Assembly: GCA_965217895.1 (NCBI GenBank)
Contig: CBDCJV010000002.1
Coordinates: forward strand, 3,776,001 to 3,840,000
Direction of reading: 5' to 3'
DNA from: Waterburya sp.
GTDB taxonomy: Bacteria; Cyanobacteriota; Cyanobacteriia; Cyanobacteriales; Xenococcaceae
DNA length: 64,000 bases
The notes under the pieces are model-generated. The model saw only the letters and a list, made by a program, of their open reading frames with translations. It was not told the origin of the DNA and searched no databases. Positions 11,333-22,655 of this stretch are shown here, piece by piece; the stretch's first letter is position 1; each line of letters starts with the position of its first letter. A program made the translations under genes and the position numbers.

Positions 11333-12235
11333 ATGTTTAATATTGTTCGTAAAACGGCCAAAATAATATTGCCAAAATCTACGGTGTATAGAATCAAACG
11401 CCAGATTGAGGAAAATCGTTTTAAGCGATATATTCAAGAAAAGCTGGAGTCTAACTATAGCTCAGTCGATCCAGGTGCAGTTCCCCCAAAAGAATTAATT
11501 GGTCAGACTGCTGCACTAAATGAACAGGAATTAGAAAGGCAAAGTAATAGTGATGTTTATTTGGAAACTGGTTATTTTGAGGTTTTGCGCCTATTCAAAA
11601 TCTTAGATCACTTTTCTATTAACCCTAGAACTATTGGTTCAATTTACGAATTAGGCTGCGGTACAGCCAGACTGTTGAGGCATTTTCGCTACATTGACGG
11701 GGTTAGATTAGTTGGGTCAGACGTTAATCCTCAAATGATTGAATGGTGTCAAGCAAATTTACCGAAGATGGAGTTTTATCACAACGAACTTACACCTCCT
11801 CTCGCTTTTGCCGAAGATAATTCCTTTGATTTAATGTTAGCCTCTTCAGTTTTTACTCATATTCCTCTCGAAACCCAAGAATTGTGGCTAGCTGAAATGC
11901 AAAGAATTTTGCGCCCTGGTGGTATATTTATTTGCTCAGTGTTGGGTCAGTTTCACGCTGATGCGCTGTTAGATAGCGAAGAGATGCAGAAGCTGCAAAC
12001 TAAAGGCAACTTAACTCTTACTTCAGATGACTCCCAAGCGACGTATTCAACACGCGTTGGTGGTTCTGCTTGGGATGTTTTTCAAACTCGCGCTGAAGTG
12101 ATTAAAGTCTTTGGTTCGTTTTTCCAGATAGTAGATTATATCCCTGGAGTACAGGATTTTTTAGTCTTATATAAGCCCGATCCTGCGGTTTCTGTGATGA
12201 TAAATTCTGTTCCCTTTCCTGCTCAAAAATATTAA
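11333..12235 (+). CDS. Class I SAM-dependent methyltransferase
   Basis: ELGCGTAR motif I, SVFTH, LRPGG. Confidence 0.88.
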   Translation: MFNIVRKTAKIILPKSTVYRIKRQIEENRFKRYIQEKLESNYSSVDPGAVPPKELIGQTAALNEQELERQSNSDVYLETGYFEVLRLFKILDHFSINPRTIGSIYELGCGTARLLRHFRYIDGVRLVGSDVNPQMIEWCQANLPKMEFYHNELTPPLAFAEDNSFDLMLASSVFTHIPLETQELWLAEMQRILRPGGIFICSVLGQFHADALLDSEEMQKLQTKGNLTLTSDDSQATYSTRVGGSAWDVFQTRAEVIKVFGSFFQIVDYIPGVQDFLVLYKPDPAVSVMINSVPFPAQKY

Positions 12236-12363
12236 TAAATTGATTTTCGGATCTTGAGGAGCGATCGCTTTTTTATTCTTGCCAAGATATATTGAATTGA
12301 CGATACATTAGAAATTGCGTCCTAACGCTCTCGACCGTTACTACAATTTGAGGCGAATCGCCA

Positions 12364-12390
12364 AAAAAATAGCCTGCTTTAGCAGACTAA
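12364..12390 (-). terminator. Probable intrinsic terminator of ndhB
   Basis: TAGCCTGCT/AGCAGACTA hairpin followed by a T-run on the minus strand. Confidence 0.55.
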
Positions 12391-12425
12391 ACATGGGTAT
12401 TATCTCAATAAATCGATCTTTCAGA

Positions 12426-14003
12426 TTATTTGTGGATTAAATCCTCTACTGCGGAAACTTGAATATTATTTGGGGGTATCTGCTGAGCAATAATTGCCGA
12501 TTGCAATATAGGCGTACTGGCAACAGAATTACTGCTTAAAGTAAACAGAGGATTAGATAAAATGCCTGATAAAGAAGTGACTACTGCTGAGATGACAATA
12601 GCTACCTGCAAAGGGCGCATTCCAGGTAATTTCCAGTTAATAGTGGGGTAGTTTTTCACAGATTCAGACATCTCTTGAGGTTCTTTGACTACCATCATTT
12701 TGACCACGCGAATATAGTAGTAAATTGAAATGACGCTGGTAATTAAGCCTAACAACACCAAACCATACAAGCCAGCTTGCCAACCAGCCCAAAAAAGGTA
12801 AATCTTCCCGAAGAAACCAGCCATCGGCGGAATACCACCTAAAGAAAGTAAGCAGATGCTCAAGCAAAGAGTTAGCAAGGGATCTTTTTGATATAAGCCT
12901 GCATATTCACTAATTTGGTCTGTACCCGTGCGCAGCGAAAACAGGATAATACAGGTAAACGCTCCCAAGTTCATAAATAGATAAATGAACAGATAAAAGA
13001 TCATGCTGGAATAACCATTATCAGTACCAGCAATCAGACCAATCATCACAAAGCCAGCTTGAGCAATAGAAGAGTATGCCAACATTCGCTTGATGCCAGT
13101 TTGTGCCAAGGCTACCACATTACCCAAGATCATACTGAGAATTGCCAGAGCAGTAAAGATAAACTGCCATTGATCGCTAAGTGAACCGAATGCTGTTACC
13201 ATTAGGCGAATTGCTAAAGCAAAACCCGCAGCTTTTGAACCTACAGATAGGAAAGCGACTACGGGAGTGGGCGAGCCTTCGTAAACATCGGGTGTCCATT
13301 GGTGAAAAGGTACGGCAGAGATTTTAAAAGCAATACCCGCAATAATAAATACCAAAGAAATAGCTAATCCTAAAGACTGAACACCACTGATGGCGGTAAC
13401 TTTAGTAGCGATCGCCTCAAGATTCGTTTCTCCTCCAGATAAACCGTAAAGTAATGACATTCCGTAGAGGAAAATCGCCGAGCTTGCAGCACCAATGAGC
13501 AAATATTTTAATGCAGCTTCATTAGAGCGAGGATCGCGCTTCATGTATCCCGTCATTAAATACGAAGAAATACTCAGCATCTCTAAAGAAATAAACACCA
13601 TGGTTAGCTCGTTTGCGCCACAGAGAAACATACCTCCTAGAGTAGCGGTAAGCATGATGGCGATAAATTCTGCCAAAGATGTCCCCGACTGTTGAATATA
13701 GCGAATAGACATGGGGATAGTCACCATTGCCGAGAGAGCAACTATGCCCCGAATAACAATGCTAAGGTTGTCACCGTTAAATGAACCAAGAAAAGCGATC
13801 GCATTAGGGTTGTTCCACTGAAAATATAGAGCTACCAGAGTGTTGAACAAACCAGAGATCGCTAAATAGGGCAACCAACGGGAGGAACTACGTCCAAAGA
13901 TTAAATCGCCGATTAAAACACTCATTAGGGTAATAATGACTATGCCTTCGGGTAAAATTGCTCCTGCATGAAGTTGAGAGGCTACACTGCTAGAAAAATC
14001 CAT
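12426..14003 (-). CDS. ndhB: NAD(P)H-quinone oxidoreductase subunit 2 (NdhB/NuoN)
   Basis: [42 protein letters not shown]. Confidence 0.97.
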   Translation of the reverse strand: MDFSSSVASQLHAGAILPEGIVIITLMSVLIGDLIFGRSSSRWLPYLAISGLFNTLVALYFQWNNPNAIAFLGSFNGDNLSIVIRGIVALSAMVTIPMSIRYIQQSGTSLAEFIAIMLTATLGGMFLCGANELTMVFISLEMLSISSYLMTGYMKRDPRSNEAALKYLLIGAASSAIFLYGMSLLYGLSGGETNLEAIATKVTAISGVQSLGLAISLVFIIAGIAFKISAVPFHQWTPDVYEGSPTPVVAFLSVGSKAAGFALAIRLMVTAFGSLSDQWQFIFTALAILSMILGNVVALAQTGIKRMLAYSSIAQAGFVMIGLIAGTDNGYSSMIFYLFIYLFMNLGAFTCIILFSLRTGTDQISEYAGLYQKDPLLTLCLSICLLSLGGIPPMAGFFGKIYLFWAGWQAGLYGLVLLGLITSVISIYYYIRVVKMMVVKEPQEMSESVKNYPTINWKLPGMRPLQVAIVISAVVTSLSGILSNPLFTLSSNSVASTPILQSAIIAQQIPPNNIQVSAVEDLIHK

Positions 14004-14413
14004 AGAGTTTTTTGAGTACTGTCAGATATAGATACAATTGAACAATTGCTAAAAAAGCGTTACAAAGGATTGTAATCCTCTATTACCTTTTTCTTAAGCT
14101 TATTATGTTTTTGCTTTTTAGAAATCAAGATGTTAACTCTGAGCCAATTTTGGTTATGGTGAAATTAATTAAGCTTTAAGCTTCTAAGCTGAGAACTGGA
14201 TCATATTTTATACCATAGCTAATTAGTTGCATCTTCTGAATGGTGAGCTATGGTGCATAAATAGTCCCAAGCAGAAAAGCCTGTGACTTGAGGCTACTGA
14301 TTAAAACTAGATCAAAACAATATTTGTCGTTTGAGGGATTATAACTATAGATTAGGAAATATATCTCTATAAAAATCAACATCTGCTATTAAACTCACGT
14401 TAACTCCATTTAT

Positions 14414-17104
14414 ATGTCAACATTAGTTATTGTCGAATCTCCTACTAAAGCTCGTACTATTCGTAATTACCTACCTTCTGGCTATCAGGTCGAGGCTTCT
14501 ATGGGTCATGTCCGAGACTTACCCCCCTCAGCCAAAGAAATTCCCCCTGCCTATAAAGACAAGACGTGGGCAACTTTAGGCATCAACATCGAAGATGAAT
14601 TTCAACCAATTTATGTTGTGCCTGAGAAAAAGAAAAAAATAGTCAGAGAACTTAAAACCGCGCTAAAAGTAGCAGATGAACTAATTCTGGCAACTGACGA
14701 AGATCGTGAAGGAGAAAGCATTAGCTGGCATTTATTAGAAATTCTCAAGCCCAAAGTACCTGTCAAACGAATGGTTTTTCATGAGATTACCAAAGAGGCA
14801 ATCCAAAAAGCTTTACGGGATTGTCGTGAAGTAGACCAAGATTTGGTTCATGCCCAAGAAACACGACGTATTTTAGATCGTTTGGTTGGCTATACCGTTT
14901 CTCCTCTGCTGTGGAAGAAAATAGCCTGGGGTTTGTCCGCAGGCAGGGTACAGTCGGTAGCAGTCCGTTTAACCGTAGCTAGAGAAAGAGAACGTCGGGC
15001 TTTCCAATCTGGGGGTTATTGGGATCTAAAAGCAGATTTGGAACAAAACAAAAAGCCTTTTGAAGCTAAGTTAATTACCTTAGATGGTAAAAGACTGGCT
15101 ACGGGTAGCGATTTTGACCCCGACACAGGGAAAATTGCCGAAGGCAAAGACGTAGTATTGCTAAATGAAACTGAGGCAAACCAGCTTAAAGAGCGTATTT
15201 TTGAGCAGACTTGGACAGTAAGCGATCGCCAAGAAAATGCTTCTAAACGTCGTCCTTCTCCGCCTTTTACTACTTCTACCCTGCAACAGGAATCTAACCG
15301 TAAACTGGGTATTTCTGCCAGGGAAACTATGGGAGTGGCGCAAAAACTCTATGAAAAAGGTTTTATTACCTATATGCGGACAGATTCGGTACATTTATCC
15401 CAACAGGCGCTCGCTGCTGCCCGTAATTGTGTAGAACATAAGTATGGCAAAGAATATTTAAGTCCTAAAGCCCGTCAATACAGCACCAAAAGTAAAGGCG
15501 CGCAAGAAGCACACGAAGCTATTCGTCCTGCGGGAGAAACTTTCCGCGTCCCCAAAGACACAGGACTTAAAGACCGCGAATTTAGGCTCTATGATTTGAT
15601 TTGGAAACGCACCATCGCCTGTCAAATGGCAGACGCTCAGTTAACGCAAATTGCAGTAGACGTGAGTGTCGAGAATGCTGTTTTCCGCGCCAACGGTCAG
15701 CGTATTGAGTTTCCTGGTTTTTTCCGTGCCTACGTTGAAGGGTCAGATAATCCTGATGCAGCCTTGGAAGATCGAGAAATACTCTTACCACCTTTGAAAA
15801 AAGGAGACAAACCTGACTGCAAAGAATTAGAGGCGATTGGACACGAAACCCAGCCTCCTGCTAGATACACCGAAGCGTCTTTGGTTAAAACCCTAGAAAA
15901 AGAGGGTATTGGTCGTCCTAGTACCTACGCCAGCGTCATCGGCACTATTGTAGATCGCGGTTATGTGCAGATGCGTGGCAAGGCTTTAATTCCTACTTTT
16001 ACAGCCTTTGCGGTAACTGCCCTGCTAGAAGAACATTTCCCCGATTTGGTAGATACCGAGTTTACTTCTAAAATGGAGCAAACTTTAGATGAAATTGCTA
16101 CAGGTGGTGCGGAGTGGATACCTTATCTTAAAAAGTTCTATCAGGGAAAAACAGGTTTAAAAACCCAAATAGACGTTAAAAACGAGCAAATAGAGCCTGC
16201 AATCGCCAAAACCATCCATCTAGAAAACCTCGATGCTGTAGTCCGTATCGGTAAATATGGTCCATATATCGAAATAAAAACCGAAGATGGAGAGACAGAA
16301 GTATTAAAAGTTTCTATTCCCGATGACTTGACTCCTGCTGACCTTAATCCAGAGCAAATAGAAGCTCTAATTCGTCAGAAGAAAGAAGGACCAGAAAAAG
16401 TCGGTATTCATCCTGAAACTGGTGAACCTATTTATTTTAAAGTCGGTAAATACGGTCCTTATGTACAGCTTGGAGATATGACAGACGAAAATCCTAAGCC
16501 TAAAATGAGTTCGATTCCTAAAAAAGATAGCAAAACTAATGCTACTAAGGATGACGTAACTTTAGAAATGGCAGTCGGTTTGTTATCACTTCCTCGTTTA
16601 TTAGGACAACAACCCGCTACAGGAGGTAAAATTAAGGCTGCTCTGGGGCGTTTTGGTCCCTATGTGGTTCATGAGTTTAAAGGTCCAGAAGACACGAAGC
16701 TACAGCGAGATTATCGATCACTTAAAAAAGAAGATGATGTCTTAACCGTGACCCTAAAGCGTGCTTTAGAACTTTTGGCTGAACCTAAACGCGGACGTGG
16801 TGGCAGTAAAAAAACTCCTCTACGGGAATTAGGCGCGCATCCTGAAGACAAAGAGCCAGTCAATATTTATAAAGGCCCTTACGGCAATTATGTTAAGCAC
16901 GGTAAGATCAATGCTGGTTTGCCCAAAGATGAAACCGTAGAAGAAATAACCCTCGAAAAAGCTCTGGAGTTATTAGCCGAAAAAGCAGCAACTAAAAAGA
17001 CTACCAAAAAGAAAACCAGCACCACTAAGAAAAAGACTACTACAGCTAAAAAGAAAACCAGCACCGCCAAGAAGAAAACTGCTGCTAAAAAAGAAGCGTC
17101 TTAA
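14414..17104 (+). CDS. topA: DNA topoisomerase I with Toprim_C repeats and Lys-rich tail
   Basis: [33 protein letters not shown]. Confidence 0.98.
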   Translation: MSTLVIVESPTKARTIRNYLPSGYQVEASMGHVRDLPPSAKEIPPAYKDKTWATLGINIEDEFQPIYVVPEKKKKIVRELKTALKVADELILATDEDREGESISWHLLEILKPKVPVKRMVFHEITKEAIQKALRDCREVDQDLVHAQETRRILDRLVGYTVSPLLWKKIAWGLSAGRVQSVAVRLTVARERERRAFQSGGYWDLKADLEQNKKPFEAKLITLDGKRLATGSDFDPDTGKIAEGKDVVLLNETEANQLKERIFEQTWTVSDRQENASKRRPSPPFTTSTLQQESNRKLGISARETMGVAQKLYEKGFITYMRTDSVHLSQQALAAARNCVEHKYGKEYLSPKARQYSTKSKGAQEAHEAIRPAGETFRVPKDTGLKDREFRLYDLIWKRTIACQMADAQLTQIAVDVSVENAVFRANGQRIEFPGFFRAYVEGSDNPDAALEDREILLPPLKKGDKPDCKELEAIGHETQPPARYTEASLVKTLEKEGIGRPSTYASVIGTIVDRGYVQMRGKALIPTFTAFAVTALLEEHFPDLVDTEFTSKMEQTLDEIATGGAEWIPYLKKFYQGKTGLKTQIDVKNEQIEPAIAKTIHLENLDAVVRIGKYGPYIEIKTEDGETEVLKVSIPDDLTPADLNPEQIEALIRQKKEGPEKVGIHPETGEPIYFKVGKYGPYVQLGDMTDENPKPKMSSIPKKDSKTNATKDDVTLEMAVGLLSLPRLLGQQPATGGKIKAALGRFGPYVVHEFKGPEDTKLQRDYRSLKKEDDVLTVTLKRALELLAEPKRGRGGSKKTPLRELGAHPEDKEPVNIYKGPYGNYVKHGKINAGLPKDETVEEITLEKALELLAEKAATKKTTKKKTSTTKKKTTTAKKKTSTAKKKTAAKKEAS

Positions 17105-17128
17105 ATTGTAAGTAGTTAATAGTTTATC

Positions 17129-17161
17129 GCGATCGCGCCTTTGAAAAGCGATCGCCTTTTT
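17129..17161 (+). terminator. HIP1-based hairpin terminator between convergent topA and ccs1
   Basis: GCGATCGC-N11-GCGATCGC followed by CTTTTT. Confidence 0.55.
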
Positions 17162-17174
17162 ATTGAAAGTGAAA

Positions 17175-18539
17175 CTAAACTAGAGATTTGCTAGGTTCAG
17201 AAATATCAGTTGATTTAGTTTTCTCTTCCAAGTTATCAATTACTTCTAGCATTTCTCTTTCAAAGCTTACCTGCGCTCGATTGGTTTTGGCACCGAAGAA
17301 AAAGCTATTGTCCTGTTCTAATGCCCATACTTGAGAATGGGAAAAGTAACTCATCACTACTCCAATCATTAGTAAAGCAAAGCCTGTGTAAACAACAGGG
17401 ACACCAGGATCGGCTTTAATCTGTAAACCAGTGCTGCCGATGATATCAATCAATTTAATATTAATACCGTCAATATCTACACTTTGACCAATACGAATCG
17501 CGCTAGTCAAGTCTCCCTGTTGGTTATAAATCAAAGCTGTTCCCTGCATATCTTTAATGAGCATAGAAACACCAGAACTCATATCGGGTTTGGTAGGAAT
17601 CCAAGTTCCCCAAATATTCCCTGCGCCAAGAGTATCTAACTTGGCTACTGGTAGCTGAAAAATAGGACTGTTGTTTAACTGAACTTGAGCAGCAGCAATA
17701 CTCCAGTTAGTTTGGTAGAGAGTAACGCCATCATAACGCAGAGGTTTATTGACGTGGATAGTTTCACGCTTCAATTCCTCACCGCGATCGCTAATTACTG
17801 AAAGATCGGAGTAGAATTGATCTACGTCCCCGCTTTGAGTATAGTCAATCCAAAAGCGATTCACCTTAACTGACCAATCATCAGGAATATGAGAAGCAGA
17901 TAAAGGTCCTAATTCAATAAAATTCTGAATCTTAAAAGTATTGCCACTAGCAACCATTTCTTGAGCAAAGAAACCTGTAAAGATGCCCCATACCCCGCCA
18001 AGCAATACAATTAACATCCCCGCATGGACGATAATGGGACCAATACGACCAATAATACCTTTACGAGCATAAAGAGCATTATCTTGTTGCCAGACTCGAA
18101 AGTTTTGCTGTTCTAATAAAGATGTTAGAGATTTAATCGAACCCTGGTTTAATTCGGCACTGAGAGCTAATTTCTCAAACTGCTTTGGCTTTTCATAGTA
18201 TTTCCATTTACGGGCAGCTTTTAAGGCGGGTAGCTGACGAGTAAAAGTACAGGCGGTCAAGCTTGCACCAAAGAGAATTAATAAAGAAAGATACCACCAG
18301 GTACTATAAACATGATTTAGACCCCAGGCGAGAATAACTTTCCAGGTTAAAAAACCATATAAAGCAGGAGACTCAGGATAGTTTTGTTGATAAAAAGAGA
18401 GAGTTTCAGCTTGTTCAATTACTGTACCTGAAATGCTGACTATGGCGATCGCCAGTAACAAGATAATAGCTAATTTTAAATTGGCAATGATGCCGACAAA
18501 GCGACGAAATATTGAGCCTGGCTTGAGAAGAAAATTCAT
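17175..18539 (-). CDS. ccsB: Cytochrome c biogenesis protein Ccs1/CcsB (ResB family)
   Basis: [42 protein letters not shown]. Confidence 0.95.
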   Translation of the reverse strand: MNFLLKPGSIFRRFVGIIANLKLAIILLLAIAIVSISGTVIEQAETLSFYQQNYPESPALYGFLTWKVILAWGLNHVYSTWWYLSLLILFGASLTACTFTRQLPALKAARKWKYYEKPKQFEKLALSAELNQGSIKSLTSLLEQQNFRVWQQDNALYARKGIIGRIGPIIVHAGMLIVLLGGVWGIFTGFFAQEMVASGNTFKIQNFIELGPLSASHIPDDWSVKVNRFWIDYTQSGDVDQFYSDLSVISDRGEELKRETIHVNKPLRYDGVTLYQTNWSIAAAQVQLNNSPIFQLPVAKLDTLGAGNIWGTWIPTKPDMSSGVSMLIKDMQGTALIYNQQGDLTSAIRIGQSVDIDGINIKLIDIIGSTGLQIKADPGVPVVYTGFALLMIGVVMSYFSHSQVWALEQDNSFFFGAKTNRAQVSFEREMLEVIDNLEEKTKSTDISEPSKSLV

Positions 18540-18776
18540 TATTTATATATTATGGATCAAAAATTAGAGGTATCCAATTTCTTGAAGGTGACTTTTATTA
18601 TGAAATATGATGTAGCGTTTAATTCAACGCTTGCGTTTTGGATGATAGCATCGCCTTGAAAAGCATCTGTCAATGTTCAAAGCTAAGATGTTTTAAGATT
18701 GTTGGTGAGAGCAAAATCTCGAGCAGATTCTTGATTTTAAACTAAAGTTGAACTCAAAAGTTGATAAAGCAAGCTT

Positions 18777-19592
18777 ATGCAAGACTCTAGACAAGAAATA
18801 AATGCCAGAGCTTCTATAGATTTGGAACAGCGAAGGAATTGGTATTCTCCTGTTGCTGATATTTATTACAACGCCAGACCGCAATATCCGAAGGAACTTA
18901 TCGATCGGTCTATCGTTTTAGCTCAACTTTCATCAGATGCGTCAATTCTTGAGGTCGGTTGTGGTCCGGGAAATGCAACGGTTGCTTTTGCTCAATTAGA
19001 TTTTTTAATGACGTGTATTGAGCCAAACCCGAATTTTTATCATTTGGCGCAACGCAACTGTACGCCATATCCAAATGTTGCAATCCACAACACCTCATTT
19101 GAAGAATGGGAACTAGAAACAAAACAGTTCAATGCTATTCTATCTGCCAATGCCTTTCACTGGATATCGCCAGAGATTCGGTATACTAAAGCAGCAGCGG
19201 CATTACGCGACAATGGGTTTCTCATCCTGCTCTGGAATCTGACTCCTGAACCAAAATACGAAGTCTACCAAGCGATTAAGGAAGTGTATCAAGCTTATGC
19301 TCCCTCATTTGTCCGATATGAAGGTGCGGAAATTCAAGCGGAGATTTTGCGGGGATTTGGACAAGAAGTTTTAGACTCTGGTTATTTTAAGGAGTTGGTC
19401 GTCGAGCAAACCGCGTGTGAAGTCACCTATAGCATTGATGATTACCTCAAGCTTTTAAGTACCCATCGGGGACTAGAGCCACAAGCGGAAGAGCTACTAT
19501 TTGCAGGATTGCGGAAGAAGCTAGAAAAAATTGGAGATAGTGTGCAACTCTCGTTTCTTTCCGCTGTTCATGTAGCCCGCAAAGACGGCTAA
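18777..19592 (+). CDS. Class I SAM-dependent methyltransferase, possible former gene cassette
   Basis: ILEVGCGPG, IEP, ANAFHW; followed by an attC-like site. Confidence 0.88.
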   Translation: MQDSRQEINARASIDLEQRRNWYSPVADIYYNARPQYPKELIDRSIVLAQLSSDASILEVGCGPGNATVAFAQLDFLMTCIEPNPNFYHLAQRNCTPYPNVAIHNTSFEEWELETKQFNAILSANAFHWISPEIRYTKAAAALRDNGFLILLWNLTPEPKYEVYQAIKEVYQAYAPSFVRYEGAEIQAEILRGFGQEVLDSGYFKELVVEQTACEVTYSIDDYLKLLSTHRGLEPQAEELLFAGLRKKLEKIGDSVQLSFLSAVHVARKDG

Positions 19593-19620
19593 AATCTTGA
19601 GGTCGTTGCATGATAACGCG

Positions 19621-19703
19621 ACAGAACAACCTGGTTGGAGCGGACGTACAAAGTCTCTTCGTCTATCGTCCAAGTTGGTCGATCGTCGCTCAAGCGAACC
19701 TTC
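19621..19703 (+). other. Degenerate attC-like recombination site
   Basis: R''-like ACAGAAC; TTG(G)AGCG(G)ACG at 19635-19646 pairs with CGTCGCTCAA at 19684-19693 leaving two unpaired bases; R' GTT is not intact. Confidence 0.5.
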
Positions 19704-19831
19704 ACATTAGGAGAAAGTAGTGGCAGGTAAAATATGTTAGATTCGCGTTAACATATTTGCATACGTTCCAGACTATAGAAAGATCGGCTAATATCGATCC
19801 AGAATTCTAGTAAATAAAGATTTTCTCTGTT

Positions 19832-20236
19832 TTACCAGATGACATTTGAATAAAAATCTCGGATCTTTCTATCCCTAGTAATCATTGGTGCGCCGTAATG
19901 ATTAGCCAAGGCGACCATTATTCTATCTACTGGATCTCGATGCGACCACTCCAGATTAACACTTTCAACTAAAAGATCTGCTTCAACTGGGATAATGTCC
20001 ACTACATCTGACTGCTGAACTCTTTTCACATACTTTGATAGAGGAACGCCTAAATCCAGCTTTTGATTCTTTATCTTAATCGCAATTTCCCAGATAGCCA
20101 TTGCCGATGTAATACCATTTTTTGACTGTTCCATTTCTTCAATTGCGATCTTCGCTCTTGTAGATAATTCATCAGGGTCAAGACTCCACCATAGCAGGGC
20201 GTAGGTGTCTAAAATAATAGTCAAATATCTCTCCAT
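19832..20236 (-). CDS. vapC: VapC-like PIN-domain toxin (true start probably TTG at 20224, overlapping the antitoxin stop)
   Basis: ILDTYALLWW, SAMAIWEI, HRDPVDR, ITRD. Confidence 0.9.
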   Translation of the reverse strand: MERYLTIILDTYALLWWSLDPDELSTRAKIAIEEMEQSKNGITSAMAIWEIAIKIKNQKLDLGVPLSKYVKRVQQSDVVDIIPVEADLLVESVNLEWSHRDPVDRIMVALANHYGAPMITRDRKIRDFYSNVIW

Positions 20237-20448
20237 TCTTCGGTTGTGGTCGCCGTCGGATCTTCTAGGTATGTGACTCTACCCCGCAGATCTTTGAATA
20301 GATCTTTCGTTGGTGGGGCTTGACTGAATTTCGAGATTATAGCTACAGGTCTACCGCGGTCTGTAACTATAATTTCCTGGTTGTCAGATTCAACCAATCT
20401 TAGGATTTCTAGTAATTTGCTTTTGAGCTTGCTTTTAGAAATATTCAT
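20221..20448 (-). CDS. Phd/YefM-family antitoxin (75 aa from ATG 20448)
   Basis: ISKSKLKSKLLEILRLVE...IIVTDRGRPVA; stop overlaps toxin start. Confidence 0.88.
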   Translation of the reverse strand: MNISKSKLKSKLLEILRLVESDNQEIIVTDRGRPVAIISKFSQAPPTKDLFKDLRGRVTYLEDPTATTTEEWRDI

Positions 20449-20454
20449 AGTTTT

Positions 20455-20480
20455 ATAACTATAGTCATAACTATAGTTAT
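20455..20480. promoter_or_regulatory. Tandem palindromic operator of the TA operon
   Basis: ATAACTATAGTCAT (20455-20468) and perfect palindrome ATAACTATAGTTAT (20467-20480) just upstream of the antitoxin ATG. Confidence 0.65.
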
Positions 20481-20574
20481 ATAGTAGCAATAATTTGACC
20501 AGAGCTAAGTAAAAGTCAGTGATTTTTACAAGTAGCATTTTCTGCTACTCTATACTGGTTTTTGTGACACAACC

Positions 20575-21321
20575 CTAAAGCCTATAGCTTATAGCTGGCA
20601 ATCGAGACAACAAAGAAAAGATGCCAAAACCCAATAACAAAGCACCACTGACGGGATTAATCCAGCTTGACCAACGGCGCAACTCTAGAATCTTTTTAAT
20701 AGAAGCTGTAAAAGTCCCGGCGATAACTAAAGGCGTGACGTAACCAATGGCGTAGGCAATTAATAAAACTCCACCTAAAACTAAATCTTGAGTTGTTGCT
20801 ACCCAAGTTAGCAAAGTTGCTAATACAGGAGTGCTGCAAGGAGAGGCTATCAAGCCAAAGGTTAAACCTAACAAATAAGAACGCAGTCCACGAGGTAAAT
20901 CATCGCGAATCCATTCTGTTGCCCCCAGAGACGGAAAGCGTAATGGTAATATTTCTAATAAGTTTAGTCCCATAGCGATCGCAACTAAGCTAACAACAAT
21001 GGGTAAACCAACTCCAATTTGTCCATAAACCTTGCCAATAGATGTGGCAACAATACCTAAGATAGCTAAGGTAGTCGCTAAACCCAACGCAAACCAGCTA
21101 GACTGGACTGCTGCCTGAAGTCTTCCTTCAGACTCATAACCGCCAATGTAGCCGACAGTAATGGGCAACATAGATAGCATACAAGGAGTCAAGCTGGTGA
21201 CAAGACCTGCCAAGAATATCACCCCGATACTAACTACACTGAGATGAGTCAACTGAGTCGAAACTAAGCGATCGGCAAATCTCTCCAGTAAAAACAACTG
21301 CGTTTGTAAAAATTCCAGCAT
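20575..21321 (-). CDS. ccdA: Cytochrome c biogenesis protein CcdA
   Basis: SLTPCMLSMLP, ASPCSTPVL. Confidence 0.95.
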   Translation of the reverse strand: MLEFLQTQLFLLERFADRLVSTQLTHLSVVSIGVIFLAGLVTSLTPCMLSMLPITVGYIGGYESEGRLQAAVQSSWFALGLATTLAILGIVATSIGKVYGQIGVGLPIVVSLVAIAMGLNLLEILPLRFPSLGATEWIRDDLPRGLRSYLLGLTFGLIASPCSTPVLATLLTWVATTQDLVLGGVLLIAYAIGYVTPLVIAGTFTASIKKILELRRWSSWINPVSGALLLGFGIFSLLSRLPAISYRL

Positions 21322-21474
21322 TAAAAAATTTTATTTATGACTTAAATCTTTAAGTTCGTCTCAGCAATTCTATCAAAATACAGAATTTTCTAGGTATTGA
21401 AACAAATAAAGACAATAATATTGGCGAAAGTGTTATGACAATGAAAGAATTAGATCAAGGAATAACAAGTCAAT

Positions 21475-22566
21475 ATGTTCAATAAAGACACATTTTTCTT
21501 AGTTTTATTAGTGTTTATCCCTGTTTCGATTGCTGCACATTTTTTAGAATGGGGAGAAACCGTCGTATTTATCACGGCAGGCTTGGGCATTGTGCCTTTA
21601 GCTTCCTTTATGGGTACAGCCACCGAAGAAATCGCTGTAGTCACAGGGCCTAGTATTGGTGGACTGCTTAATGCTACCTTTGGCAACGCCACAGAATTAA
21701 TTCTGGCTTTTATTGCCCTAAAAGCTGGCTTAATTGGCGTAGTTAAAGCTACTATTACTGGTTCAATTGTCAGTAATCTGCTGTTGGTTATGGGATTTTC
21801 GATGTTGCTGGGGGGTTTGAAATTTAAAGAGCAAAAATTTCAGCCTACCGTAGCCCGTCTTAATGCTTCGACGATGAACCTTGCTGTGATCGCGCTGCTT
21901 TTGCCTACAGCGGTACAGTATACATCTGCGGGTATTGAAGAACAAACATTACAAAATCTCTCCGTAGCTGTGGCAGGAATATTAATTTTGGTCTACGGGT
22001 TGACTCTGCTTTTTTCGATGAAAACTCACGCCTATCTTTGTGATGTAGGGGATGTGGATTTAGAAGAGGGAGGGGAAGGTGAACCTGAAGTCAACTTACC
22101 TTTTTGGATCTTTATTTTATTAGCTGTGACTTTAGCCGTAGCAGTAGAATCAGAACTACTGGTAGATTCTTTGGAAGTGGCAACTACTCAACTAGGTTTA
22201 AGTGCTTTGTTTACTGGGGTTATCCTGCTACCAATTATTGGTAACGCAGCAGAACACGCTACGGCGGTAACTGTGGCATTAAAAGATAAGATGGATCTTT
22301 CGGTATCTGTGGCAATGGGTTCAAGTATGCAGATTGCTTTATTTGTTGCCCCAGTGCTAGTAATTGCTGGCTGGATTATTGGTCAACCAATGGATCTTAA
22401 CTTTAATCCTTTTGAACTTGTGGCAGTTAGCGTTGCCGTCTTGATTGCCAACTCGATTAGTTCTGATGGCGAATCTAATTGGTTAGAGGGTAGTTTGTTG
22501 GTAGCTACTTATGCCGTAGTTGCGATCGCCTTTTTCTTCCATCCTGTAGTCGAAGGTATGATCTAA
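21475..22566 (+). CDS. cax: Ca2+/H+ antiporter (CaCA family)
   Basis: Alpha repeats LLNATFGNATE and IIGNAAEH. Confidence 0.95.
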   Translation: MFNKDTFFLVLLVFIPVSIAAHFLEWGETVVFITAGLGIVPLASFMGTATEEIAVVTGPSIGGLLNATFGNATELILAFIALKAGLIGVVKATITGSIVSNLLLVMGFSMLLGGLKFKEQKFQPTVARLNASTMNLAVIALLLPTAVQYTSAGIEEQTLQNLSVAVAGILILVYGLTLLFSMKTHAYLCDVGDVDLEEGGEGEPEVNLPFWIFILLAVTLAVAVESELLVDSLEVATTQLGLSALFTGVILLPIIGNAAEHATAVTVALKDKMDLSVSVAMGSSMQIALFVAPVLVIAGWIIGQPMDLNFNPFELVAVSVAVLIANSISSDGESNWLEGSLLVATYAVVAIAFFFHPVVEGMI

Positions 22567-22609
22567 ATAGTCATACTTTATTAAATTAAAGTGATGTCTT
22601 ATTAAAATA

Positions 22610-22637
22610 AAATCCCCCTAAATTAATTGGGGGATTT
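22610..22637. terminator. Hairpin between convergent genes
   Basis: AAATCCCCC/GGGGGATTT stem. Confidence 0.6.
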
Positions 22638-22655
22638 AGTGAGCAATTGCCAGAA

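Noticed and set aside
20449..20538. N-terminal extension of the antitoxin ORF
   Set aside because: It runs through the palindromic operator; ATG 20448 gives a typical Phd/YefM length.
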